Source: the human T2T-CHM13v2.0 reference genome, Homo sapiens. Taken from it: DNA of 64,000 bases. The stretch lies in assembly GCF_009914755.1 (NCBI RefSeq), contig NC_060937.1; one strand, 5' to 3'. Below the pieces are notes generated by a model. That model did no database searches and was not told the origin of the DNA. It worked only from the letters and a program-made list of their open reading frames with translations. This document shows positions 16,705 to 31,654 of the stretch, in pieces (the first letter of the stretch is position 1; the number at the start of each line of letters is the position of its first letter). The position numbers and the translations under genes were made by a program.

Positions 16705-19700
16705 TTTTAATTTTTTATTTATTTCAATAGGTTTTTTGGGAACAGGTGGTGTTTGGTTACATTAATAAGTTATTTAGAGGTGAATTCTGAGAATTTGGTG
16801 CACCCATCACCCAAGCAGCGTATGCTGATACTACATTTTCTTTACCCACTCATTGATTGATGGGCATTTGGGTTGGTTCCATATTTTTGCAATTGCAAAT
16901 TGTGCTGCTATAAATGTGTGTGTAAGCATCTTTTTTGTATAATGACTTCTTTTCCTCTGAATAGATACCTAGTAGTGAAATTGCTGGATCAAATGGTAGA
17001 TAAACTTTTCGTTACTTTGGGAATCTCTGCCGTTTTTTCCACAGTTGTTGTACTGGTTTACATTTCTACCAACAGTGTAAAAGCATTCCCTTTTCACTGC
17101 GCCCATGCCAATATATTTTTTTTGGGGGGAGGGCGGTTATTGCCATTTTTGCAGGAGTGAGGTGGTATCATATTTTGGTTTAGATGTGGATTTCCCTGAT
17201 AATTAGTGATGTTGAGCATTTTTCCATATGATTGTTGGCCATTTGCATATCTTCTTTTGAGAATTTCTGTTTATGTCCTTAGCCTAGTTTTTGATAGGAT
17301 TGTTTGTTTTGTTCTTGCTGATTTGTTTGAGTTCTTTGTAGATTCTGGATATTCGTCCTTTGTTGGATGTATAGATTGTGAAGATTTTCTCCCACTCTGT
17401 GGGTTGTCTGTTTACTCTGCTGATTATTTCTTTTGCTGTGCCAGAACTTTTTAGTTTAATTATGTCCTGTCTACTCATCTTTGCTTTCGTTGCATTTGCT
17501 TTTGGGTTCTTGGTCATGAAGTCTTTGCTTAAGCCAATGTCTAGAAGGGTTTTTCCGATGTTATCTTCTAGAATCTTTATAGTTTCAGGTCCTAAATTTA
17601 AGTCTTTGATCCACCTTGAGTTGATTTTGTATAGGGTGAGAGATAAAGATCCAGTTTCATTCTTCTGCATGTGGATTGCCAATTATCCCAGCACCATTTG
17701 TTAAATAGGGTGTCCTTTCCCCAGCTTTGTTTTTGTTTGCTTTGTCAAAGATCAATTGGGTCTAAGTATCTGGCTTTATTTCTGGGTTCTCTATTCTGTT
17801 CCATTGGTCTATGTGCCTTTTTTATACCAGTACCATGCTGCTTTGGTGACTATGGCCTTATAGTATAGTTTGAAGTCGGGTAACATAATGCCTTCGAATT
17901 TGTGCTTTTTGCTTAGTCTTGTTTTGTCTATGTGGGCTCTTTTTTGATTCCATATGAATTTTAGGTTTGTTTTTTCTAGTTTTGTGAAGGATGATGGTGG
18001 TATTTTAATGGGAATCACATTGAACTTATAGATTGCTGTTGGCAGTGTGGTCATTTTCACAATATTGATTCTTCCCATCCATGAACATGGGATGTGTTTC
18101 CATTTGCTTGTGTCATCTATGATTTCTTTCAGCAGTGTTTTGTAGTTTTTCTTGTAGAGGTCTTTCACATCCTTGGTTAGGTATATTTCTTACTATTTTA
18201 TTTTCTTTGCAGCTACTGTGAAAGGAGTTGAGTGCTTGATTTGATTCTCAGCTTGATGACTGTTGGTGTATAGCAGAGCTAATGATTTGTGTACATTAAT
18301 TTTGTATCCTGAAACTTTGCTGAATTGATTTATGAGTTCTTGGAGCTTTTTGATGATGGATCTTTCTTTTCTTGGTTAATCTCACTAATGGTCTATCAGT
18401 TTTATATATCTTTTCAAAGAACCAGCTTCTCATTTCATTTGTCTTTTGTATTTTGTTTGTTTCCATTTACTTTTGTTGTGTTCTGATCTTTATTATTATT
18501 TTTCTTCTTTGGTTTGGGTTTGGATTGTTCTTGTTTCTCCATTTCTGTGAGGTATGACCTTAGATTGTCTAATGTTCTTTCAGACTTTTTGATGTAGGTA
18601 TTTAATGCTATGAACTTTCCTCTTAGCACTGCTTTTGCTCTATCTCAGAGGTTTCCATAGGTTGTGTCACTATTATTGCTCAGTTCAAAGAATTTTAAAA
18701 TTTCCGTCTTGATTTCCTCGTTGACACATTGATTATTCAGGAGCAGGTTACTTAATTTCCACGTATTTGCATCGTTTTGATTCCTTTTGGAGTTGATTTC
18801 CAATTTTATTCCACTGTGCTCTGAGAGAGTACTTAATAGAGTTTAATTTTCTTAAATTTACTGAGACTTGTTTTGTGGCCTATCATATGGTCTATCTTGG
18901 AGAATGTTCCATGTACTGGAATATATATTCTGTAATTGTTGGGTAGAATGTTCTGTAAATATCTGTTAAGTTCATTTGTTGTAGGGTATAGTTTAAGTCC
19001 ACTGTTTCTTAGTTGACTTTGTCTTGATGATCTGTCTAGTGTTGTCAATGGACTATTAAAGTCACCCACTATTATTGTGTTACCATTTATAGCATGGCTC
19101 TTAAGATCCTTTCCTTTGTCTTGACTTTAGATAACCTGATGACTATGTGCATAGGCAATGATCTTTTTGCATGAATTTTCCAGGTGTTCTTTGAGCTTCT
19201 TATATTTGGACATCTAGATCTCTAGCAAGGCTGGGGAAGTTTTCCTCTATTATTCCCTCAAATATGTTTTCTGAACTTTTAGATGTCTCTTCTTCCTCAG
19301 GAGCACCAATTATTCTTGGGTTTGGACATTTAACATAGTCCCAAACTTCTTGGAGGCTTTATTTTTTTAAATTCATCTTTATTTGTCTAATGAATTGGAT
19401 TAATTTAAAAGCCTTGTCTTTGAGCTCTGAAGTTCTTTCTTCTTGTTGTTTGATTCTATTGTTGAGACTTTCCAGTGCATTTTGCATTTCTCTAAGTGTG
19501 TCCTTGATTTCCAGAAGTTGTGATTGTTTTTTATTCATGCCACCTAGTTCACTAAAGAATTTCCCATCTATATCCTGTATCATGTTTTTTATTTCCTTAA
19601 GTTAGACTTCACTTTTCTCTAGTGCCCCCTTGATTAGCATAATAATCAACCTTCTGAATTCTTTTTTTTTTGGCAATTCAGTTATTTTACCTTGGTTTTG

Positions 19701-20866
19701 ATCCATTGCTGGTGGGCTAGTATGATTTTTGGGGGGTGTTGAGGAATCCTGTTTTGTCATATTAATAGATTTGTTTTTCTGCTTTCTTCTTATTTGGGTA
19801 GACTATGTCAGAGGGAAGACCTGAGATTCAAGAGCTGCTGTTCAGATTCTTTTGTCCCATGGGAGTGATCCCTTGATGTGGTGTTCTCACCCTTCCCCTA
19901 GGAATGGGGTTTCCTAAGAACCAAACTGTAGTGCTTGTTTTGCTCTTCTGGTTCTAGCCACCCAGCAGAGCTAACAGGCTCCAGGCTAGTACTGGGGAGT
20001 GTCTGCAAGGAGTCCTGTGATGTGAATCGTCTTCAGGTCTTGCAGCCATGGATATCAGCACTTGATCCAGTGAAGGTAGCAGGGAAGTGGAGTGGACTCT
20101 GTGAGGGTCCTTGGCTGTGTTTTTGTTTAGTGTGCTGGTTTTGTGTTGGTTGACCTCCAGCCAGGAGGTAGCACTTTCAAGATCACATCAGCTGTGGTCC
20201 CATAGGAAGGATGCAAACTTGCCCTAGGGACACCTGGTTAAGTATTCAGGCTTCTCAGGCGGTGGGCAGGGTCATAGAGCACCCAAGAGATTATGACCTT
20301 TGTCTTCAGCTACCAAGGTGGGTACAGAAAGACCATCAGGTCGGGGCAGGTTTAGCCATGTCTGAGCTCAGTCTCTCCTCGGGCAAGGCTTGCTGCGGCT
20401 GCTATGGGTGATGGAGGTGTGGTTCTCAGGCCAATGGAGTTATATTCTCAGGGCTATTATGGCTGCCTCTTCTGAGTCATACAGGTCACCAGAGAAAGCC
20501 AGCAGTCACAGGCCTCACCTCCTCCCCACGCAGCCCAAAAGCCTAAAGGCCAGTCTCACTCCCACTGTGCCCCCACAACAGCACCGAGTCTACTTCCTGG
20601 CAGCAGGTGACCATGTCTGAGAACTTGCTCCAGACCACCAGCCTTCTTGCTGAGAAAGCAAGCAGACTCACAGTTTTTCAGCATCTCAGGGAGTCTGAAG
20701 CAGTGATCTAGTTCCCTCAAAGGGTCTTTGGATTCTCTCTGCTTTACTGGTATGTTCCTATGGTAGTTATTGGAGCAAAAGTTCATGACGTGAGTCTCTA
20801 CATGCTGCTCTGTCCATCCGAGCAGGAGCTACAAGCTAGTCCTGCCTCCTATCTGCCACCTTAACC
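16705..20866 (-). mobile_element. L1PB-type LINE-1 with both ends but three internal deletions
   Basis: 3' end ttgggaacaggtggtgtttggttac, ORF2 and ORF1 peptides on minus strand, 5' end reads ggcagataggaggcaggactagcttg on minus strand. Confidence 0.93.
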
Positions 20867-21134
20867 TGTATCCAGCACTGGTATATTTATTACACAATAT
20901 TTGTGGAGCATGCACAGGGTTGCTACAAAGTCCTCACATGTAATTGTAGATGTTTTTTGTATGGGCACTTCTATTCTCAACGCAAGTTTTAATTTTCCCC
21001 ATGTTCTTCTATACGTACTCTCCCATGCTGATAGTTGAAATTTACTAAAGCAATCCCTGATAGTGATTTTTAAGCAATTTGATGAAGCTGAAAATCATGA
21101 GTCACACCCAAGTAACACTTTTGTTCCTAGGCCA

Positions 21135-21340
21135 TAGAATCAGAAAAACTTGGGTTTCAAACATGATCTATCAACCATACTAGATATTCTTCTGCCTGAC
21201 TCCTGTTTCCACATCTGCAAAATGGGTAGAATAATATCTACCTACCGTTTTAGTACTGTTGTGAAGATTAAATAAGATGGGCCGTAACTTTGTCTAGCTC
21301 ATAGAAAGAACTCATGAAATAATGCTGTTGATAGCATTAT
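21135..21340 (+). mobile_element. MIR fragment
   Basis: ctgtttccacatctgcaaaatgggtagaataatatctacct...ttgtgaagattaaataagat. Confidence 0.75.
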
Positions 21341-21514
21341 TATTATTTATCACTAGCTTCTAGATTTTCTCAAGATATAAGTCTTCCTTTGGGAAGAGGC
21401 TCTGACCTCATTGTTTGTCTCAATTATGTTCTGTCCCAGAATGTCCATGACTGAGTGTCTTCTCGTCACTTCACTCTAGTCATGACACTCATCCTACCAA
21501 CTAGTGAATATGCA

Positions 21515-22060
21515 TGTCTGCCCCGTTATTAGACTATTGTCTCAGCATCAAACTCATTTTTCTATATTCCCTTTGGTAATGCTAGGGCTGAGACTCTTAT
21601 TTTTCTTTTGCCAGAGGTTCTGTTAGGCATTGTCACTAGAGGGCACCAGAGGGAGACAGCTAGGCTAAAGGCAGGGACCACAAACACTTCCTGTTTGTGT
21701 CTTGCTCCTGTCTTGGTTTTCTGTTCTTATTTTAGTTTCCTGTTCCTATGTCACTCTAGCAACCCTTACACTGGTTTGTTCCAGTAGAATAGCTGATTCC
21801 AGTTTGCAATTTTTCCAACGCTTAAAGACCAGCCTCATCTCACCTCTCTGGTTCACCAGCTCTGCAGAGCCTCTCTTCCAAGTCACTAAGTGTTAATAAT
21901 TTCAACTTCTTCCCTCATCCTCCAGGCCTAGGGTTATACTTAGTGTTCTCTTTTTGCCTTTTCATTTCTTTAATTCCTAGTTAAAAATCTTTATTTTAAA
22001 CTCCTTCTATTAAAATAACAGGTGTGTATTTTATGTCCTGGCTGTACTCTGACGGACACA
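21515..22060 (+). mobile_element. ERVL LTR33/LTR41-like solo LTR
   Basis: tgttaggcattgtcactagagggcacc...; ends aaataacaggtgtg...ctgacggacaca. Confidence 0.65.
21633..21656 (+). promoter_or_regulatory. Two overlapping CTCF-like motifs in the LTR
   Basis: TCACTAGAGGGCAC and GCACCAGAGGGAGA versus consensus CCASYAGRKGGCRS. Confidence 0.4.
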
Positions 22061-22730
22061 GATGAGCTGTATATCCTCCTTAGACTCTTCTTTAGACTCT
22101 ATGCCAAGATCCCCTGGGGATAATCTTATATCCTAAGCTAAGTCAGTTCTTCACCATCCCATTATATATAGGCATTTCTCAAATATTTTCAGCCTCTGTG
22201 ATTGTTAAGGCTAACTTAGCTCTCTAAGTAACTCTTGTCACCACATCTAGCCACCACATTCATGTCTGCTGGCCCCTTAGAGAACAGACAGGTTTGCTCT
22301 ACCTGATTGCCTCCAGTCATTTCCCTTTAAATCTTACCTCCCAGTGAGATCACCTATAAAAGGCTCCTGACTCAAGTTAGGAACATAGCCAATTGTTGAA
22401 ACTGTTGAAGGTAGTAGAGAAAGGCAGACAAACCTGTGCTTCTCATGCCTATATCACTTATTTTACTTCTCTTCCATTTATCCCATCTCCAGGCCACTAT
22501 AAAGAATCCATCAGTATTTTTCTCAAACATCATTTTCATCTTAGTTCTCCCTTCCTCAAGAATGTACAATGATTCCCTATTGCCCATCAGATCAAGTCTA
22601 ACCACTGACAGACCCTGGGTATCATTAGGATGGCTTCAATCAATTAAACTGACAACATTCTATAGTCTTAGACTGATTTTTCCATTTTGTACTTCTTGCT
22701 TTAGTAACAAATTCAAATTCTTCCAGCTTT

Positions 22731-22733
<3 letters not shown>

Positions 22734-22761
<28 letters not shown>

Positions 22762-22772
22762 CATCTGTGTGT
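22734..22772. repeat. (TG)n microsatellite
   Basis: Direct observation. Confidence 0.95.
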
Positions 22773-23423
22773 AGAAGGAACTAGTGGAACTAGTAACAGC
22801 CTATAGGAATAGACCTACTAGGAGGATAAGATGCCTGGGAAGCTGGTCTACAGTTTAGCCAGGCTCACAGCTAACATGCAGGAGTACAGTACACTAGGGA
22901 TAGGTGAATAGGGAGCCAGAGACTCCATAAAACTTGGCAAAAACCAAGAAGGAATCCCTTTAGAAATGAAAAAGCTTCTTGGGCAGGCTTGAAGCACTCC
23001 TTATCCCAGTTACATGCTGCCAGGGTCCACCAGGCATCCTCAGGGGGATCTGAAGTCCAGGAAATCATCATTCTTCAACCCTGAGGGTTGCTGTACCTCC
23101 ACAATAAGAGGCCATCTGTGTACAATAAATACTATCTTTTACCTGCATTAAAGCTACTTGTGTACTTTGTCTATTTCCATCAGCCAAATATTATCACCCT
23201 TTGACAGCCACAAGTATCTGCCAGGTAAATTTCCACAGAAGGACTTCTTTAAAAATGTTTATTGTATAAAGAACTATCAACTAATCAATGATTATCTTTC
23301 ATAATTAAACAGCTATCATCTTTAGTTGATTCTATGGTCGTTCCTCTGATTTTATTATATGTTGCCTACAAGGAAAATGGTCTGTGCCTAATTTATACGA
23401 TTTGAAAAGATAGTTCATGCTGT

Positions 23424-23497
23424 GTGATTTTGTATGATTTATATGATTTTATAAGATATATGATTTTATATGATTCTATATGATTTATATGATTCTA
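23424..23497. repeat. Tandem repeat with 9-10 bp unit (TATGATTTTA-like)
   Basis: tatgattta tatgatttta ... tatgatttta tatgattcta tatgattta tatgattcta. Confidence 0.85.
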
Positions 23498-24381
23498 AAT
23501 AGCCGGGTGAAAATAGAAAATTGAGCCAAATGTCTGCAGTTTTTGTCTACATGGTATCAAACACCTAGATATTTAAAAATACCTGGATCATTGACATACC
23601 TTATAGATCAGCCTAAGAAGAAAAGTTAAAATGTGTAAAGCATATGTTTTTAGTGTTCTTACTGAATTTTTACTTGGCTAATAATGATTTTGCTTAAATG
23701 TTAAATTTTATGTTTGAGTTTTTTCCTTATAAAGATGACTTAGTACTAAATTATCCTTATTTTGATGTGCCTGTCATGACTTTTAAATATATTTACTGTC
23801 ATTCATTTCATTTCAATGTTTCTTCTAAGTTACACTCTTGCCATTTACTCTATTTTAGCTCTATCATGATTAGGATATGGCATGATGCCATTTTTTTTTC
23901 ATTCTTTCTTCAGGATTTATGCCAATATAGCTAGATTTCTCACTTAATGGTAAACTTCTCTGATTTCAGGAATCTAAAAAAAATACTGAGGGCAAAATGA
24001 GAGACATAATCAAAAGAAAGCTTATGTTACCTGATGTCACACACACAAAAAATGAAAATTTGATGAACCGGGTGTGGGGAAATTGTACTCTCTATTTGAA
24101 TTCATCAGTGGCATACATTCTGAGCTTCACATGTGGCACATAGCAAGATATTTTAAAATTCTTCTTTCCATGAAATGAAATATGTTTACTATGCATATAG
24201 TACTGGAACAAGTACTGTATCCTTACTAGAATGTGAAGAATATACTTGGCTTGATAAATCATCTGGGGGCAATAAGCATGAGTAGCAAGGTACTTATTTT
24301 TGTGTAAATGTCCTTTAACTCACACCACTGGCCAAACCTTACATTCAGCCTCTTATTATACCCTGCCTTAAAAAAAAAACT

Positions 24382-24748
24382 TGTCTTAGTCAGTTCAGCT
24401 GCTATACATATTAAAAAACAATATCATAGACTGAGCAGCTTAAACAACAGAAATTTATTTCTCACAGTTTTGGAGTCTGGGAATTCCAAGATCAAGGTGC
24501 TGTCATTTCCGGTGCCTGGTGAGGGCTTGTTTCCTGGTTTGGAGATGGCTGTCTTCTCATTTTACACAGCAGAGAGTAAAGAGAGAAAGCAAGCTCCCTT
24601 AGGTCTCTTATGCGCTAATTCCTTCCTGAGATCTTCATCCTCATAACCTAATTACCTCTCAAAGGCCCCATCTCCAAGTACCATTTTGCTGAAGATTAAA
24701 GTTCTAACATGAATTTTAGGTGAGGACAGAAACATTCAATCCATAGCA
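24382..24748 (-). mobile_element. MaLR LTR (MLT1A/MSTD-like)
   Basis: tgtcttagtcagttcagctgcta...ttaaacaacagaaatttatttctcacagttttggag...aacattcaatccatagca. Confidence 0.85.
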
Positions 24749-24857
24749 TAACTCTTACTTAAATGAGTATATACAATCAATAGCAGTTATTTCTATTCCT
24801 GTCTCCTTAGAACTTATCATACCTCATAGAACTGAATTTAAATACATTTCCTGATGA

Positions 24858-25234
<377 letters not shown>

Positions 25235-25599
25235 CAAATTCTTTTACCTTAAACAAAGGCCCCGCCTGATCTGTGCCTTTGACCTCCTCTTTATCTATTC
25301 CAACTTTACCTATTCCAGCTTTACCAGACTTTATGTAACGTATTTTTCCAGCCTCATTTTCCCTTCAGGACTTGGCATTTGCTGTTTTCTTTGCCTAGAA
25401 GTTTCTTGCCCCCAGGTCTTTGGCCAACTCATTGTTCATATCTTACCTCAAAGGCCACCTTCTCAGAGAGGTCTTCCCTAAACATCCTAACTCCTCTCTA
25501 TTCTACTGTGCTGGACCATAGCATTTATCTGTATCTGAAATGTTTATTTACTTCTTGTCTCTGTCATGGGAAAAGCTGACCCCCTAAGTCTGGTCCTAA

Positions 25600-26095
<496 letters not shown>

Positions 26096-26374
26096 AACTT
26101 CTCCTCTTTCAAAGACTCTTGCTGTCATAGCTAAACCTACTAGGTTAGAATCTTTGGATGAGACCTAGGGACTTGGATTGAACACTCATCTCCTTAAGAA
26201 ACAGCATGAACATGAAAGCTGTTCTCTTACTTCTCTGGCATTCCTTAAGTTAGTAAGTTCTTTTGATTCTCCAGAAGTCCTTGAGGTTTTCAGGAACATC
26301 ATCTCTGGGAATAGGAAATTTCCTATTAATCCTATCCATACACCAAAAATATGATTCAAGAAAGTTAATGTAAG

Positions 26375-26610
26375 GAGTATATGGTACAGTGAGGTGGTTA
26401 GTTGCATGAGTCTGGAGTCAACATCTTGGTTCAAATCCTAGCTATGCCAGTTACTTACCATACAACCCTGGAGACATTACTGAAGATCTCTGAGCCTTAA
26501 TCTCCCACGTATACATAAGGGTCACAAAACAAAGAAATAATGTCATAATAAGGAAAAGTTGTTGTGAGGATTCAGTGAGATAATGTAAAGTGTTCAGATT
26601 CATGCCAGAT
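26375..26610 (+). mobile_element. MIR
   Basis: gtggttagttgcatgagtctggagtc...ggttcaaatcctagct...gttgtgaggattcagtgagataatg. Confidence 0.8.
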
Positions 26611-26614
26611 CCAT

Positions 26615-27805
26615 TCACACATTGCTTGTGGAGGTGAAGAATGATACAACCCTATGGAGGGCAATTTGCAATATGTACTAAAATGATACATGCACTTACC
26701 TTTGGTATAGCATGGCACCCATACTCACAGTTGCACCTCCACAAGTACAGCATAGGCACAAGATTATTTGCTAAGGCTTTATTTGTAATAGCAAATATTG
26801 GGAAAAACCTAAATGCACAGCCACAGAAGATATATAGATTGATAGATAATATTTATATATGTTTCCCATAGGGCAGAAAATATATATGTATATATAGACA
26901 CACATATATATATACACACATATATACCTATGCATATATATATACACCCATATATACCTATGTGTATATATAATTCATGTATAACTTTTTTGCTTATTTT
27001 TAAAAAATAAAATATAGGAAGAACAAATCAGAAACTAATGAAAATGGTTTATCATAAGGGGTGGATGGAAATTTGGAGAAAGAAACAGGAATAAAACTTC
27101 TGAACAGACATTTTAAATGAAGTTTTGCCTTTTGAATCATGTAAATGTTTCATAATTCTAAATTTAAATTTATATTAAAAAGGACTTACCAAAAGCAAAC
27201 TCTTAAAATTGAAATCAAACAGAAACAAATGAATCTAACTATATATCAACTTGATAATATAACCACACACAAAAAAAGAGAAATAATTAAGTAGGTTTTG
27301 AACACAGTTGCCTTAGTAGAATTGTATCAGACAAATTCAAATTGTGGAACTTTCTCTAGGACATCTGTCCTGGAGTCTTCGAAAATATTAATGTTGCAAA
27401 CTACAAAATGGCAAGGGAGAGCTGTTCTAGATGGACACAGACTAAAGAAACAAGAGAAGCAAACACAATGTGTTATCCTTCCTTGGATCTTGGATTTAAC
27501 AGAAGAATGACTATAAAAAAACATTATTGGGACAACTAGGGGAAATTTGAAATTGAACTGCATGTTACAATATACTATTGTATGCATGTTAAATACCTTG
27601 GATATGATAATGATAGGGTAATATCTTTGTTCTTAGGAGATGTATGTTAAAATATTTTGAGAGAAAGTATCATGATTCTGCATGAAACTTACTTTCAAAC
27701 TTTCAGCCAAAAAAAAAAAAGAGAAAAAGCGAGAGAGAAAGCAAATGTGAAAAATGCTTATTATACTGTACGTTTGAAAATTTTTTAAATAAAATGTTGG
27801 GGAGA
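26615..27805 (+). mobile_element. Old L1M (L1MC/ME) 3' fragments with an embedded (TA)n tract at about 26880-26972
   Basis: cacattgcttgtggagg...atacaaccctatggagggcaatttgc; ttgttcttaggagatgtatg. Confidence 0.6.
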
Positions 27806-29189
27806 TAATTCCCAAAAACAAGCAAACTAAAAAAGATCAGTTCTTTTCAGCTATTACTATCTCTGACTCCCCCAATCCGGGAGCCTATGAGAAGAAAACC
27901 AGGAATAAATACATATGGTTGATAAACAAAAAGGAAATCATGTTCTGGGATCTATTTTCAGCCTCTGAAGCATGTCAGTTGATAACTTTACTTATTCATT
28001 TCCCATGGGATTTACCTAAACAAATAAAACTGCCTCCAACTTTAAAAAAAGGAAGTGATACTGTCTCCAAGCTTCCCTGGAAAGAAGCAGTTAAATCTTA
28101 TCCTTATTTTACCTCCTTCTTATTTAGTGATGTGCCTTGGCAGAAACTCAAGGGGAGTACTGTGCCAGCCAGCCTCTGGAAAAAAGGCAGACAACACTAC
28201 CTCCCACTTTTGTGAGTGATGCTGGGGAGCACGTCGCTGCTTCCAACCTGCCTATCTCAATTGTGGTGACAAAGCACCAGACCAAGAGGCAGATCCCTGG
28301 GTAGTCGAGTCTATATTATTTCAGATTTTAAGTACTGAAAGCAAGACAGAAAGCCCTTCTCTCAGATCAGGGAGTGGGAAGTATAATTTGAAATAGATTA
28401 AGCTCACTTATCTGGGGGACATTTAAAGATCTATAAGCCCTTCCTTTCACACTTCTGATACACAATTGACCTAACAAAACACCTTTAGACCCTCCTAAAT
28501 TATATACTTTTAAAAAATATTTTTCCCAGATATATAATATTTGCTTCACAAAACGATGAAACGACAATTTGCCCCTGGCCTTCTATTTTCCTTTTTTTCA
28601 AGCCTTAAAAGCCTGTTTCATTTCTACTGCAGGATTGTGTCCAGGTATAGACAGACGTCCTTTGTAACTGGTTAAAAGCTACAGAAAAGCTCTATTGAAA
28701 CAAAATGCTGCTCATATCCCCATCCATGCCAGGAGGAATAAATCACACAAAAGCACCTAAAGAAAACTGTTTTATAGTTACTACTATGCTACATTAGCTG
28801 ACAAGGGAGAAATGGTTACATTTACAGATTTTTTTTCCTTTTATAGAGGCAGAATCTATATGCAGTTGAAGAATTGTGTATTATCACTACTGGAATTTGA
28901 GTTCAGCTAATGAGAGCTAACAGCAAAAGGAGGACTTCTTGCAAAGCTGCTTCATCTTGGTCCTTAGATAAGCCATAAAACTAGGTTGCTTTGCTTCCCT
29001 TTGGGCCCACAGCACTGATCTGCAAATTTATTTCAAGATTCCATTATTGCATCAATAAAAATATTAAAACATGCATCTCTTAAAACATGCATCCTAGGCT
29101 AATTATGGAATTGGAAGCTATTAATACAAAACTATTATTATAAAATAATACCTCATATTTGCCCTAGTATAGGTAGCTCTGTGCTCAGA

Positions 29190-29520
29190 GCACAGTCGAA
29201 TGCATAATCCCATTTACTCCTGGGAACTCTAGGAGGTAGACTGTGTGGTCAGTCTTTCCATTATGTAGCTAAAGCAACTAAACAAGACATAATCATTCTC
29301 GATGCTGAAATTTATGTCCACTATTGATCAGAACTGAAAACCCTGACTTGAGAAAGAGAGAGAGTGAGAGAGCACTATTCAATTCTGTCACTTACTAGCT
29401 GTGTGGTCCTGGGCAAGTGACTAAACTTCTCTGAGCTTCAGTTGCCTCAGCTGAAAAATAAAGAAAATAATACCTATCTCATAAGAATGATGTCATGGTT
29501 AAATAATTTTTTAACTTGGC
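29190..29520. mobile_element. Two MIR fragments (antisense then sense)
   Basis: ctctaggaggtag...ccattatgtagctaaagcaact; tcacttactagctgtgtggtcctgggcaagtgactaaacttctctgagcttcag. Confidence 0.65.
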
Positions 29521-29544
29521 ACTAAAAATGATATATATTGATTG

Positions 29545-29930
29545 AATCACTCATTTAACAAATATTTTAGTGTTTTAGTAGTTGAGAAGAATGATAAATA
29601 TCTTAAAACAGCAAGCAATATAACTGTACTATTTAAGTTATAGTTTGCTGGCCTTACAGACTAGAAGGATAGCAGACATTTAAGTAAACTATTACAATGT
29701 AATTTTATATTAAGGAAAGCAGGCCAAGGCAATCACATACAATTATGAAGATTTTACACTGTACAACCCAGGAGGCAATATTTATGTTACAGTATATGTG
29801 AAAACATGCTTGGAGTTGTATAATGCATGACCTTAGAAGCCATGGACACCAGCCCTTCTGGTAACAGAGAAAGGTGAATAAAGGTTTCACAGAGGTGACA
29901 TTTAGTTTAGGTCATTCCAGAAAAGGGGAT
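29545..29930 (-). mobile_element. L2 fragment
   Basis: actcatttaacaaatattt...aaggtttcacagaggtgacattt. Confidence 0.55.
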
Positions 29931-30037
29931 AAGTCCATAAGAATGAATGAAATAAATATGGAATTGCAAGATTACCATTGCCATATTGGATGGAATGTAT
30001 ATACGATAGAAAAATTATATTCAAAAGATAAAATGAT

Positions 30038-30294
30038 GGGAGGCTGAGGTGGGCAGATTACTTCAGCTCAGGAATTCAAGAGCAACCTAAGCAACATGGC
30101 AAAACGCTGTCTCTACCAAAAAAAAAACAAAAAACAAAAAACAAGAATTAGCCAGGCATGGTGCCATGTGCTTGTGGTCCCAGCTACTCAGGAGGCTGAG
30201 GTGGAGGATCACTTGAGCCCAGGAGGTCAAGGTTGTGGTGAACCAAGATTGTGCCACTACACTCCAGCCCAGGTAACACGATGAGTCCCTGTCT

Positions 30295-30327
<33 letters not shown>

Positions 30328-30352
30328 AAAAGAAAAAGAAAAAGAAAAGAGA
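30038..30352 (+). mobile_element. AluJ, 5'-truncated, long A/GAAAA tail
   Basis: starts gggaggctgaggtgggcag; ggatcacttgagcccaggagg; TSD-like aagataaaa. Confidence 0.92.
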
Positions 30353-30609
30353 AGATAAAAAGAGACCACATGGTAAAGGGCCTTATAAATCATGCTAAAT
30401 AATTTACACTTGATTCTCAAAACAATAAAGTGCTTCCGGGCAAGTATGTGGTTGCTCCCTCAGCACACCTCCTCTACTTCCCACCAGCCTCCATTTTCCA
30501 CTGGGAGATTTACATGGTTCTAGGAATTCATAAACAGTATAAACCCAAACACCCCAAAATCAAGCCTTACCTTAAGTCCACCTATATTGAGATCTTCAAT
30601 TATGTGAAT

Positions 30610-30925
30610 TTATGAGCTGAATTGTATCTCAAAAAACTCATATGTTGAATCCTCAGCCCCTAATAGCTCAGAATGTGACTATATTTGGAGACAGGATTCT
30701 TAAATAAGTGATTAAGCTACAATGAGGCTGTTAGAGACGGCCCTAGTCCATTCCAACTGGTGACCAAGTGAGGGTACCACCATCCACAAGCCAAAGAGAT
30801 CTCAGAAAAAAACAAACCTGCTGACTCCTTGACTTCCAGCCTCCAGGACTGTGAGAAAACAAATTTCTGTTGTTTAAACCACCCAATCTGTGGTATTTTG
30901 TTATGGCAGCCCTAACAAACTAGTA
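30610..30925 (+). mobile_element. MaLR MLT1A/B-like LTR
   Basis: gctgaattgtatctc...cagaatgtgactatatttggagacagg...tttgttatggcagccctaacaaacta. Confidence 0.8.
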
Positions 30926-31177
30926 AGTAAGCCAGTAAAATTCTATTTATTATTTAAGCCAGTTTGGGATTTATTTTTTGTTACTTTCTATCAAAATATT
31001 TTTAGCTGATGCAGGTTTCAGTAAAAGACTCTAAGCAAAGGAATGACATAATTGTATGTACAATTTAGAAAAATATTACTGACAATGAATGGGAAAAGAA
31101 CATGCTGGAAGAGGCCAGAAATCAGCAGAGTAGTCTTATTGCCAAAGTTCAGGCAAGAAGGGAAGACAATAGAATGA

Positions 31178-31654
<477 letters not shown>

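Noticed and set aside
23195-23232. Possible micro-exon (tttgacag...ccag/gtaaat)
   Set aside because: Only 17 nt between the sites, weak pyrimidine tract, no partner exons
23424-23497. Repeat array as a CRISPR-like structure
   Set aside because: No unique spacers; simple tandem repeat in eukaryotic DNA
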